Notes under the pieces: model-generated | Database searches by the model: none | Told to the model about the DNA's origin: nothing | The model's input: the letters and a program-made list of their open reading frames with translations, nothing else | Translations under genes and position numbers: made by a program | In this document: positions 9,874-19,319 of the stretch, in pieces | Layout: the number at the start of each line of letters is the position of its first letter | Numbering within the stretch: position 1 is the stretch's first letter | From: Spirochaetota bacterium | GTDB taxonomy: Bacteria; Spirochaetota; UBA4802; UBA5550 | Reading direction: 5' to 3' | Assembly (NCBI GenBank): GCA_963664815.2 | Contig: CAXXHB010000003.1 | Span: 192,001 to 256,000, forward strand | Length of the DNA: 64,000 bases

Positions 9874-10627
9874 TGTTAATTACCTCTTCAGCAAGTTTTT
9901 CATAAGCGATACTTCCTGGACAGGTTTTGTCGTAATGTCCTATAGGTTTTCCGAATGAAGGAGCCTCTGAAAGCTTGACATTACGTGGTATTATTGTCTG
10001 AAAAACTTTATCCTTGAAATACTCTTTCACGTCATTGACAACCTGCTGAGCAAGATTTGTCCTGGGATCATACATGGTCAGTACAACACCTTCGATCCTC
10101 AGTGATTTGTTAAGATTTTCCTGAACCATTATTATAATGCGAAGCAGCTGGTTTATACCTTCAAGAGCATAATATTCGCATTGAAGAGGTATAAGCACAG
10201 TATCAGCAGCAACAAGGCTGTTCAGTGTTAATACTCCAAGTGATGGAGGGCAGTCTATGAAAATATAATCATAATGATTTTTTATCGCAGCAAGTTTCTT
10301 CTTAAGAATAAATTCATTGCCTTCAATGTCAAGAAGGTCTACCTGTGCACCGGATAGATGTATATTCGCAGGAATAATAGACAGTCCTTCAATATCAGAT
10401 TTAAATATTGCTTCATCAATAGGAATTTCGTCGATCATTACTTCATAGATTGTTGTTTCCATTTCCTCAGCATTAACTCCAATACCATAACCTGCATTAC
10501 CCTGAGGATCTATATCTATTATAAGAACCTTCTTACCTTTATCTGCAAGAAAGGCTGCTACATTTACTGTTGTTGTGGTTTTTGCTACACCACCTTTCTG
10601 ATTGGAAACAGAAATTATTCTTCCCAT
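9866..10627 (-). CDS. parA: Chromosome partitioning ATPase ParA/Soj
   Basis: NQKGGVAKTTT deviant Walker A, DIDPQGN, IDCPPSLG, IPRNVKLSEAPS; overlaps the parB start. Confidence 0.96.
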   Translation of the reverse strand: MGRIISVSNQKGGVAKTTTTVNVAAFLADKGKKVLIIDIDPQGNAGYGIGVNAEEMETTIYEVMIDEIPIDEAIFKSDIEGLSIIPANIHLSGAQVDLLDIEGNEFILKKKLAAIKNHYDYIFIDCPPSLGVLTLNSLVAADTVLIPLQCEYYALEGINQLLRIIIMVQENLNKSLRIEGVVLTMYDPRTNLAQQVVNDVKEYFKDKVFQTIIPRNVKLSEAPSFGKPIGHYDKTCPGSIAYEKLAEEVINND

Positions 10628-11049
10628 CTGAAAATACTCCTCTTATTGCAGGATTTTTAAAATTATTAGGTGTATTGAGTTATGTTATCTGATAATAGAC
10701 TAACCGGTTTTGCGTATAAAAATATTTTATAAAACAAAGTGAAAACCATTATAATTAATTTGCTGGTTTAATCCAATCATTACATGTCGTAAAATTATAA
10801 TTATTAAAAAACAGGGGTCCGACAAATTTTTTAATACTCCTACAGGCATTTTTTAAAATAAAACTGTCCCTCCTGTATTAACTAATAGATGAAAACTAAT
10901 GTCTATTATGTAAATAAAAAAATAGCAGTTAAATGAAATATTTTATTATAGAATTATAATATGAATTTAAACATATTTTAACGTCAACAATGAAATAATT
11001 ATATTATTTAATATATTTTGAGCTAATGTATTTGCAGTTGGTTGAAATA

Positions 11050-12228
11050 TTACCTTAGTCTGGAAATTGTCACCTTGAGGAAAGCAGCAACGAATACAGC
11101 TCCAAGTATTGAGAGTAATATTTTTACAGTGTAAGTCACTTCCGGGGGTATTACTGCACCATAAGCTGAAATAATGGAATGTAATATAAACCTTTCTTTT
11201 CCGGATGGATATATTTTCACAAAGCAATAATCTTCTTTAAGGGAAATTATATTATAACTCTGGGCTTTTTCCTGAAAATCTTTTGCAACAATTAAAGACA
11301 TATTCCTGTCATAAATTTCAAACATATAAAGAGCATTTTCTGAAAGAAAATGAATTGTATTGTTACCTTCCTTAAGGTTAAAGTAATATGTTCTGTTTGA
11401 CTCACCGCTTAAAAATGAATCCACAATAATTCCTGTAGGCTCCTGAGAGCGGGCTTTAACTCGGTCAATGGCTTCTTCACGAAGATGGCTTCCGGCTATT
11501 CGGTATATATTGAATCTTTTAAATTCACTGTAAACAGTGCTATAATAACTTGTATAAAGTATTTCTCCTCCATCATGAATGATGGCACTTATTGGTCCGG
11601 ACTTTTGCCCACGAGGAGTGGCAAAATCCGCTTCGGCAAGAATTTCAGCTCCGGAAACATCTTTTAAAGCGATCCATCCCGGATATTCCATATAAAGTGC
11701 AACTTTTCTTTTAAGGCTGAATTTAGCAAGATCACCTTTTACATCGGCTTCGATACGTCCCGGAATTCCCATGTAAGGAAAATTGTCAAAGAAATCAAAG
11801 TTATCATAGGCAATAACAAGTTGTTTATAGGCATAACCTGAAAAATAGGAGGATCCTCCATTTTTTGTGTATTTACGGAAATTTTTTTTAAAATCATCGT
11901 GATCGAGTTCGAAGAAATTTTTTGATAATTTTACAGATGTAAAATCCTTTCCCTGCCAGTTTACATCAAGATTGTCTTCATATTCAGAGGAAATGCCGGA
12001 TGGGAAAAAAATAGAATCATATTTTTCGAATGTTGCGTTATCGCCAAGATCCCTGAATTCAATAAGATCGTAGGGTAAATGATATGTATCGAGAACAAGT
12101 TCAATATTATCAAATCTGCTTTTTACAACGGCTATTCTGTTCGCTGCGGATCCGCTGGATACTGAGTATAGTATTAATACGAACGTGGTAAAGATTGCAT
12201 ATATTTTATAAGGTTTATTTATTATCAT
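11050..12228 (-). CDS. Exported protein of unknown function with C-terminal membrane anchor
   Basis: Signal peptide, alpha/beta N-terminal domain (YDSIFFPSG, possibly GATase-like), C-terminal hydrophobic helix followed by basic residues. Confidence 0.6.
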   Translation of the reverse strand: MIINKPYKIYAIFTTFVLILYSVSSGSAANRIAVVKSRFDNIELVLDTYHLPYDLIEFRDLGDNATFEKYDSIFFPSGISSEYEDNLDVNWQGKDFTSVKLSKNFFELDHDDFKKNFRKYTKNGGSSYFSGYAYKQLVIAYDNFDFFDNFPYMGIPGRIEADVKGDLAKFSLKRKVALYMEYPGWIALKDVSGAEILAEADFATPRGQKSGPISAIIHDGGEILYTSYYSTVYSEFKRFNIYRIAGSHLREEAIDRVKARSQEPTGIIVDSFLSGESNRTYYFNLKEGNNTIHFLSENALYMFEIYDRNMSLIVAKDFQEKAQSYNIISLKEDYCFVKIYPSGKERFILHSIISAYGAVIPPEVTYTVKILLSILGAVFVAAFLKVTISRLR

Positions 12229-12292
12229 CTAAATCTCCGTGAAGATAATTTCAGTTTTATTCCATGAGTCAATAAAAAAAAGTTGAATATTG

Positions 12293-12326
12293 CATGAACA
12301 TATTATTATTGGTTCATATGTTCATG
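12293..12326. promoter_or_regulatory. Probable ArsR/SmtB operator
   Basis: Perfect 11-bp inverted repeat CATGAACATAT (12293-12303) / ATATGTTCATG (12316-12326) with TGAA/TTCA half-sites, directly upstream of the repressor gene. Confidence 0.65.
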
Positions 12327-12342
12327 TGTGAGGGTTATGTAT

Positions 12343-12648
12343 ATGAAGAACTTTGCGGCTAAACTCGATGATGTTAAAATGATAGATCTTGCCGAGTTTT
12401 ATAAAATTTTCGGAGATCCCACAAGGCTTAAGATTCTTCTTTCGCTGAAAGATGGTGAAGCCAGCGTGACAGATCTTGTAAACAGGTTAAGTATAAATCA
12501 GTCAGCTGTGTCTCACCAGCTGAGGATACTGAAACAGGCAAGGCTTGCAAAGGTCAGAAGAGAAGGGAAAAACGCTTTTTATTCATTTGACGATGAACAT
12601 ATTAATTTAATTTTAAAGTTTGGAATTGAGCATATACTTGAGGTCTAG
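12343..12648 (+). CDS. ArsR/SmtB metal-sensing repressor, alpha5-site (CzrA-like)
   Basis: GDPTRLKIL, QSAVSHQLRIL HTH, alpha5 ligands D-E-H...H-x2-E (DDEHINLILKFGIEHILE). Confidence 0.9.
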   Translation: MKNFAAKLDDVKMIDLAEFYKIFGDPTRLKILLSLKDGEASVTDLVNRLSINQSAVSHQLRILKQARLAKVRREGKNAFYSFDDEHINLILKFGIEHILEV

Positions 12649-12674
12649 TTTTAAAATTATAAAGGAGAAACGGA

Positions 12675-13637
12675 ATGTACAGTCATCATGAAATCGAGGA
12701 TCATCCTCATCATATCAGTCTTAACAGCCATAATCATCAACACGGACATTCACAGAATTCCGGTAACGGCTTCAGATTTATGGCGGTTATTTTACTTAAT
12801 GTAATTATTACTCTGGCGGAGTATATTGGAGGAGTTCTTTCAGGAAGCCTTGCTCTTATTTCTGATGCCGGGCATAATTTCTCTGATGTTCTTTCACTGC
12901 TGCTGGGATATACCGGTGAAAGAGTATCAGAGAAAAATAAAAGCGATTCTTATACTTTCGGGCTGAAACGGTTTGAAGTGCTTATAGCGTTAATTAACGC
13001 GTTGACACTTGTGGCTATAGGATTATATATATTCTATGAGGCCGTTGAACGGTTCAGGAATCCGGTATCGGTAAAGCTTGGTATAATGCTTCCTGTATCA
13101 GTAATTGGTCTGATGGGAAATCTGATATCAATGTTTGTTCTGGGGCATGGCGGGGGTAAGAGTCTGAATGTTCGTGCGGCATTTCTTCATCTTTTCTTTG
13201 ATGCACTCTCATCTATGGCTGTTATTGTTGCGGCTATTGTAATATATTTCACATCGAATTACTGGATGGATATTATTATCAGTTTTTTTATAGCGGTGAT
13301 GATTATCTGGAGTTCTTTCAGTATTATAAAGGAATCGATCAGAATTTTTCTTCAGGGTGTTCCTGAACATATTGATACATCAGAAGTTTACAAAGCTATT
13401 CTTGAGATTGAAAGGGTAGGGAGCATTCATGGACTTCATATATGGTCTATAAACTCCAAAGAAGTATTCCTTTCCTGTCACGTTTGTCTGAATTCTGATT
13501 CGGGGAATTTTTCTGACAGTGTTATAATAGATATTAATTCTATGCTTCAGAAAAAGTTTAATATAGAACATACTACAATACAATCTGAGTTAAGCGATTT
13601 TTGCGGAGGTAATACCGGAGAATGCTGCAGCCGCTGA
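12675..13637 (+). CDS. czcD: Cation diffusion facilitator Zn/Co/Cd exporter
   Basis: His-rich N-terminus, SLALISDAGHNFSD, AFLHLFFD, LHIWS, HTTIQ. Confidence 0.92.
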   Translation: MYSHHEIEDHPHHISLNSHNHQHGHSQNSGNGFRFMAVILLNVIITLAEYIGGVLSGSLALISDAGHNFSDVLSLLLGYTGERVSEKNKSDSYTFGLKRFEVLIALINALTLVAIGLYIFYEAVERFRNPVSVKLGIMLPVSVIGLMGNLISMFVLGHGGGKSLNVRAAFLHLFFDALSSMAVIVAAIVIYFTSNYWMDIIISFFIAVMIIWSSFSIIKESIRIFLQGVPEHIDTSEVYKAILEIERVGSIHGLHIWSINSKEVFLSCHVCLNSDSGNFSDSVIIDINSMLQKKFNIEHTTIQSELSDFCGGNTGECCSR

Positions 13638-13644
13638 TTTTAAT

Positions 13645-13689
13645 GGTTCAGAGCTGCTTTTATAAAAAAATCAATATCAGCTCTGAACC
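13645..13689. terminator. Inverted repeat between convergent genes
   Basis: GGTTCAGAGCTG / CAGCTCTGAACC, perfect 12-bp arms. Confidence 0.55.
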
Positions 13690-13707
13690 GGCAAATATTA
13701 TTATTCT

Positions 13708-13944
13708 TTATTCGTTTTTTGCTGCTTCTGAGCATCCACAATTGCAGCTGGAGCTTGTGCATACACCAAGCGGTTTATACGCAGGGCAATACTGTATCCA
13801 TGCTGTTGCGATAAAGAGTGCACCAAGCAGGAAAAGAATTATTCCACCTAAAATGGTGGGCTCAAGTATGATAATGTTAACTAAAAATGATATGCCGATC
13901 AGTGTTCTGATGAAACTGTCAGCGCTTCCCATATTCTTCTGCAT
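13708..13944 (-). CDS. DUF2892 (YgaP-like) membrane protein
   Basis: MQKNMGSADSFIR, two TM helices, CPAYKPLGVCT. Confidence 0.85.
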   Translation of the reverse strand: MQKNMGSADSFIRTLIGISFLVNIIILEPTILGGIILFLLGALFIATAWIQYCPAYKPLGVCTSSSCNCGCSEAAKNE

Positions 13945-14006
13945 CTAATTCCTCCGGAATCTGTAAATTGTATAAATAAAACGGTTTATGATAAATCTTA
14001 ATTTTC

Positions 14007-14075
14007 TGTCATTTCGATTCCGCTTCAATTTATCGGGCTGGAAATCTTTGAGTAATGAATAAGATTTCCCGGTCG
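14007..14075. repeat. REP-like palindromic element
   Basis: TCATTTCGATTCCGCTTCAAT resembles the reverse complement of the 24369-24394 repeat; followed by hairpin CGGGCTGGAAATCTT/AAGATTTCCCGGTCG. Confidence 0.5.
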
Positions 14076-14354
14076 CAATAAGTTTATAAATATAACGTAT
14101 TCACAGCTTCTTCAAAACGGCAGCTAATGCCAATTAAAAATGTATCATTATAAATAATGATATTCAAAAACAGATTGATTAGTAAAGGAAAATTTTATTA
14201 TTGACATCAAAAATTACTGCTATTTTTTACTTAACATTGAGTGATTTTTGTGAATATTTTTAAAGAACCAGGAATAACAGACAGAGATGCAGTGAAGCTT
14301 TCTGTTTAGTTCCATATCCCTGGAATATAATTTACTGCCGCAAGTGAGGTTTTT

Positions 14355-15323
14355 ATGGCGAGAGTTTTATCGGGCATACAGCCTTCAGGTTCCCTTCATA
14401 TCGGTAATTATTTTGCAATGATGAAGCCGATGATAGAGTTACAGAATAGCAGTGAACTTTTCTGTTTTATTGTTAATTTCCATGCGATGACCTCGCTCCA
14501 TGATGGAACTGAACTACGGAAGAATACAATTGAAGCTGCGATAGATTTTCTTGCACTTGGACTTGATCCTGAAAAATGCTTCTTCTGGGTTCAGTCAGAT
14601 GTCCCCGAAGTGACTGAACTTTCATGGATTCTTTCATGCCACACGTCAATGGGGCTTCTTGAGAGAAGTCACAGTTTTAAGGATAAGGTTTCGCGGGGGC
14701 TTGTTCCAAATGCCGGGTTATATACATATCCGATACTTATGGCAGCTGATATACTTCTTTATGATGCAGACATTGTACCTGTAGGGAAAGATCAGAAGCA
14801 GCACATTGAAATTACCAGAGATATCGCCGGTAGCTTCAACAATACATATGGCGACATCTTTGTTGTTCCTGAAGGTAAAATTGAAGAGGATGTTGCAACG
14901 ATCCCCGGCATAGATGGTCAGAAAATGTCGAAAAGTTATGGTAATTCTCTGGAAATATTTGAGGATGAAAAATCTCTGAAGAAAAAGGTTATGAAGATTG
15001 TAACAGATTCAACTCCCGTAGAAGATCCTAAAGATCCTGATAAATGCACGGTTTTTGCCTTATATAAATTATTTGCATCAGAGAGTCAATTAAAAGATAT
15101 GAGGGATATTTATACAAAAGGCGGTACAGGATATGGGCAGGTTAAGAAAGATCTGCTTGAAATTCTGATTGAGTACTTCCGACCCTATCGTGAGAATCGC
15201 AAAAGATTTGAAAATGACAAAGCTGAAGTTTATAATATACTCAGGAAAGGTGCGGACAAAACCCGGAATGTCGCGGCAGTTACACTGAAGAGAGTGAAGG
15301 ATGCAGTGGGGATTAATTACTAA
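14355..15323 (+). CDS. trpS: Tryptophan--tRNA ligase
   Basis: SGIQPSG.LHIGNY, YPILMAADIL, VPVGKDQKQH, KMSKS. Confidence 0.97.
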   Translation: MARVLSGIQPSGSLHIGNYFAMMKPMIELQNSSELFCFIVNFHAMTSLHDGTELRKNTIEAAIDFLALGLDPEKCFFWVQSDVPEVTELSWILSCHTSMGLLERSHSFKDKVSRGLVPNAGLYTYPILMAADILLYDADIVPVGKDQKQHIEITRDIAGSFNNTYGDIFVVPEGKIEEDVATIPGIDGQKMSKSYGNSLEIFEDEKSLKKKVMKIVTDSTPVEDPKDPDKCTVFALYKLFASESQLKDMRDIYTKGGTGYGQVKKDLLEILIEYFRPYRENRKRFENDKAEVYNILRKGADKTRNVAAVTLKRVKDAVGINY

Positions 15324-15469
15324 GCATGGGATATTATTTACGCAATATGCAGAGAGGAAAGTAATAACAGATAAATATTTATCCGGATTTGAAAACTGAA
15401 TTAAAAATAATATCTCAGTATTCAGAAATATTTATCATCACCGATGCTGTTTGTACAATACAGAGTGTC

Positions 15470-16414
15470 TTACTGGGATTGGGCAATTGTTGCTTCCAGT
15501 TTCCCGATATATTCTTTCATGTGAGGGGGAAGCTCCGCAGAGAAGGATAACTCTATGCCTGTGACCGGATGTTTAAACTTCAGAAAGGTAGATGCCAGTA
15601 AAAGGTATGGTACCCTGTACTTTTCCCACTTCTTTGAATATATCTGGTCTCCTATAACCGGATTTCCTGTTGAAGAAAGATGAACTCTTATCTGGTGAGT
15701 TCTTCCCGTATGTATTCTAACATCGAGCATTGAGAAGGTTCCATTAGGAGTATGCCATATTCGTGAGATTGTATATTCAGTTACGGCTTCACGCCCATCT
15801 TCGTCAATTGTCATTTTCTGGCGATATTTTTTATGGCGGGCTATAGGTCTGTTTATTACTGCATGATCTTTTACCGGCTTTCCGATTATTATTGCCGAGT
15901 ATCTTTTTTCCACGGTTCTTTCCTGAAACTGTTTAATCAGTCCTTCATATGCTTCATTTGTTTTTGCGATGACCATTAAGCCTGATGTATCTCTGTCGAG
16001 CCTGTGAACAATACCCGGTCTGTGATGATCGCCGGCGGAGGAGAGAATCTTTATATGATAGAGAAGGGCACTTACAAGGGTACTTCCGTAATTCCCCGGC
16101 CCTGGATGCACTACAAGTCCAGGCTGTTTATTTATTACAACGATATGTTCATCCTGATAGGTTATGTCCAGTGGAATGTTTTCGGGAACAGGATCTTTAA
16201 ACTCCTCTTCGTGTATGACAATTTCTATCTCATCATCGGTTTTTGATTTATAGTTAGGGCGGGTGGGTAATCCATTTACTGTAATTTGTTCGTTTCTTAT
16301 AAGTTTTTGTATCTGGCTTCTTGAAATTTCAGTTTCAAGCAATGATGGTATAACGCGATCGATTCGTTCCAGATCAAATTCTTCCGGAACAATAATTGTG
16401 TATTTTTCTTCCAA
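15470..16414 (-). CDS. rluD: RluA/RluD pseudouridine synthase with S4 domain
   Basis: N-terminal S4 domain, NKQPGLVVHPG, HRLDRDTSGL, GRTHQIRVH; TTG start after GGGGA. Confidence 0.9.
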   Translation of the reverse strand: MEEKYTIIVPEEFDLERIDRVIPSLLETEISRSQIQKLIRNEQITVNGLPTRPNYKSKTDDEIEIVIHEEEFKDPVPENIPLDITYQDEHIVVINKQPGLVVHPGPGNYGSTLVSALLYHIKILSSAGDHHRPGIVHRLDRDTSGLMVIAKTNEAYEGLIKQFQERTVEKRYSAIIIGKPVKDHAVINRPIARHKKYRQKMTIDEDGREAVTEYTISRIWHTPNGTFSMLDVRIHTGRTHQIRVHLSSTGNPVIGDQIYSKKWEKYRVPYLLLASTFLKFKHPVTGIELSFSAELPPHMKEYIGKLEATIAQSQ

Positions 16415-16590
16415 TAGTATCCCCTTATCGAGTAAATTTAATATATTGCTTTATGATATAACATTTACTATTTTAGTCATGATATATAATATACAATTGT
16501 TGACAATAATTTTATTGTATCAAAAAATAAGATAATATTTCTTACATTAAAACCATCCAGAATCTAAAATACCGGATTGAGTAAATAAAA

Positions 16591-16992
16591 GTGAAGTTTG
16601 AAAAAATCAATATCCAGGAAAGAATAAAGTCTTTCGTGCCATATCTTGCCACATTTTATTATGTGGAGATTATTTACCTGATGATTTTTATGAACTTTTT
16701 GTACGGTAAAATCGTTGCGGCAGGCACAGGGATATTTCTATCACTATTTTTAACATTTCATGTGCTTCGTTTATTCAACAGGAAAGATATTAACAGAAAA
16801 ATACAGATTTATTGTATGGACATCCATTTTGCTTATTCACTGGCTTATGCCTTCAACAGGTTTTTTTCAGCCGGAAGTTTGAGTATTGTAGAATATGGAA
16901 TGATAACCTTCCGGTTAATAACGGCCGTTTTAGAAATTATATTTGTAATAATTCTTACTGATGTAATAATCAGAAGTGAATATGTCGACTGA
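16591..16992 (+). CDS. Hypothetical membrane protein
   Basis: About four hydrophobic segments; fills the gap between flanking genes. Confidence 0.6.
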   Translation: MKFEKINIQERIKSFVPYLATFYYVEIIYLMIFMNFLYGKIVAAGTGIFLSLFLTFHVLRLFNRKDINRKIQIYCMDIHFAYSLAYAFNRFFSAGSLSIVEYGMITFRLITAVLEIIFVIILTDVIIRSEYVD

Positions 16993-17013
16993 TCGTCAGT
17001 TATTGAGTTAATT

Positions 17014-19074
17014 TCAGTTTGCTTTTGCCTCATCAACTGACAGCTTTTCGTATAGTCTGTAATCAATGAAAAGATCCACAAGATCAGAATCGAGTTTCTG
17101 GTTTTCAGCTTCTTCTTTAAGTATCTTAATTACTTTGTCTATCGGGACAGATTTTTTATATGGCCTGTCCTGAGCTGTGAGAGCATCATAGATATCTGCA
17201 ATTGACATCATCCTTGACTGAAGTGATGTTGATTCTTTGCCCTTTAAGCCGTCAGGGTAGCCTGTTCCATCGAGCTTCTCATGATGCCTCATTGCAATCT
17301 CCGGTATTCTTCTGTATTCCGGAGGCCATGGTATTTTACTTACGAATTTATACGTTTCAATTACGTGGCTTTCTATCTCGAGACGTTCATCGTTGTTAAG
17401 GCTCCCTCTCTTTATTCTGAGATTTATTTTATCGTTGTCTGTGAGTATGTCGACTTTCTGGCCGGTTATATCCATGCACTCAATGGTTTCAATCTCCTGA
17501 AGAATATTTCCGAGTAAAACTTCAGGATCGATATCTGTAACTGAGGGTTCATTCAGCCTTATAAGCTCCTCTTTGATTTCGATTATGCGTGTGAGTTTTG
17601 TTGTTTTTTCTGCTCTGATCTTCGTGAGATCTTCTTCATACGGTTTGTTAAGGCCCAGACCTTCGCGGATGAGTTCCATCTCTTTTGCAAAATAAGCAAG
17701 TTCAAGATAGCGGTAGAGATAATCAAGGCGGAGTTTAAGATTTTCAAGGTCTTTCGGGTAGAGTTTTTTTGCTTTCTTGAATATATTAAGGTCTATGTAT
17801 ACCTTTCCGAAGTCATGGAGAAGTGCGGCAAATTCAAGTTCCTTTATATCGTTCTCGGTAAAGTTAAAATCTTTTAAATATCCTGTCTTTACCTCATTAA
17901 CTGCCGCAGCCATTTCCTTGCATATCTGCGCGACTCTGAAAGAGTGACCGGAAGTGGCAGGGTCCCGCGATTCTATTGCGGTAACTGAAGCCTTTACAAA
18001 CTCCTCGAATTGTCTCTGTATCTGGGTTATAAGCCTGTTATTTTCAATGGATATGGCGGCCTGTCCGGCAATAGCCTCAAGCAGGCTGTTATACCTTTCA
18101 TCAAATGTTACAACATAACGGTCAAAATCATCATTGGTTTCGAGCTTTATTTCAAATGCCTCATTCTCATATTTCTTGGTGCCGGTATTATCCTCTTTGC
18201 TGTTAATCAGCTGTATAACGCCTATTATTTCGTCCAGATGATTTTTCATGGGAACAACAAGTTGTGATCTGCTTATATAGCTGTGCTGTCTGTCAAAGAA
18301 AGGATTAAAGGAATATGGGGCCAGCTCCGGAATTTTATATGCGTCAGGAAGATTAATAACCTCTCCGGTAACTGCAACATAACCCGAGATAGATTTTTTG
18401 TTCATGTCCATTACGAATTCCTCAAGGGGAATTTCGCGGGAGAATGTATGTGAGTATTTGAATCTGAGGCGTTTTTTGCCTGTTTCATCCTCTTCGACAA
18501 GATATATACTCCCCGCGTCGGCACCTGTAATTTTTTTGCTGAGGTAGAGGATGAGACGCAGTAGTTTCTCCATGTCTTTCTCACCGGAGAGAGACCGGCC
18601 TATATTTATAAGATCCTCCTGGTCTCTCTGTGCGTCGGTAAGCTTGTTGTAGTACCAGTTTTTTTTCTGCTCGTTCTGGAAATGTTTTTCTATTATGGAT
18701 AATGACTTGTTAACAACGAATCTCAGCTTTTTCTCCGAAGTCGTTTCAGTGAGGAAGTCGCTTATGTGGTAGAGACGGTCAAGATTCTGATCTTCAAGAT
18801 CCTCTTCAGAGCCGATAATCAGCATCTGGTAGAAGACCCTGGAATAGTCGATTACATTGAGATGTTTATATATACTTTTATACCTGTTCAGCGGGATTAT
18901 AATTACAGTGAGCAGGATACTTGATTCCGATTCAAGCAAAATTGAATCTATTGTTTTTTCTATATCACCGGTATAGATTACCGGGTAATTCATGGTGGTA
19001 AGAGGTACTATGCTGTTTTTCAGCTCTTCGGCAATAACTATATTTTTAATTACACTCTGTCTTTCCTGACGCAT
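17014..19074 (-). CDS. GAF + HD-GYP cyclic-dinucleotide phosphodiesterase
   Basis: GAF (ADAGSIYL..VPMKN..GVIQLIN), RDPATSGHS.RV, LLHDFGK, HHEKLDGTGYP, IADIYDALT..RPYK. Confidence 0.92.
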   Translation of the reverse strand: MRQERQSVIKNIVIAEELKNSIVPLTTMNYPVIYTGDIEKTIDSILLESESSILLTVIIIPLNRYKSIYKHLNVIDYSRVFYQMLIIGSEEDLEDQNLDRLYHISDFLTETTSEKKLRFVVNKSLSIIEKHFQNEQKKNWYYNKLTDAQRDQEDLINIGRSLSGEKDMEKLLRLILYLSKKITGADAGSIYLVEEDETGKKRLRFKYSHTFSREIPLEEFVMDMNKKSISGYVAVTGEVINLPDAYKIPELAPYSFNPFFDRQHSYISRSQLVVPMKNHLDEIIGVIQLINSKEDNTGTKKYENEAFEIKLETNDDFDRYVVTFDERYNSLLEAIAGQAAISIENNRLITQIQRQFEEFVKASVTAIESRDPATSGHSFRVAQICKEMAAAVNEVKTGYLKDFNFTENDIKELEFAALLHDFGKVYIDLNIFKKAKKLYPKDLENLKLRLDYLYRYLELAYFAKEMELIREGLGLNKPYEEDLTKIRAEKTTKLTRIIEIKEELIRLNEPSVTDIDPEVLLGNILQEIETIECMDITGQKVDILTDNDKINLRIKRGSLNNDERLEIESHVIETYKFVSKIPWPPEYRRIPEIAMRHHEKLDGTGYPDGLKGKESTSLQSRMMSIADIYDALTAQDRPYKKSVPIDKVIKILKEEAENQKLDSDLVDLFIDYRLYEKLSVDEAKAN

Positions 19075-19171
19075 TTATGTTTTTCCATTTAAGTTTAATT
19101 GCTGATATATTATAATTTTAATTTAACTCAAATAAATTGCAAGTATTTATTAAAGATTTATAATTAAATAA

Positions 19172-19200
19172 GCTCAACAACGGTTCTGCCATTGTTGAGC
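19172..19200 (-). terminator. Terminator-like hairpin after ilvB
   Basis: Minus strand GCTCAACAATGG-CAGAA-CCGTTGTTGAGC followed by TTATTT. Confidence 0.6.
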
Positions 19201-19319
19201 CGGGAATGTCCATGGCTCTGTGTATGTAAGTCATTTAAATAAATTTCAACACAATCGGGCTTTTATATAATGGATGAGTTGAATTTAAATAATATTGAAC
19301 AGTATTAAGAAACGGGAGT

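Noticed and set aside
10630-11049. parS site or origin upstream of parA
   Set aside because: No TGTTTCACGTGAAACA-like palindrome and no DnaA boxes seen
14200-14354. T-box riboswitch before trpS (also checked before metG)
   Set aside because: No GGTGGNACC T-box sequence or terminator; metG is internal to an operon
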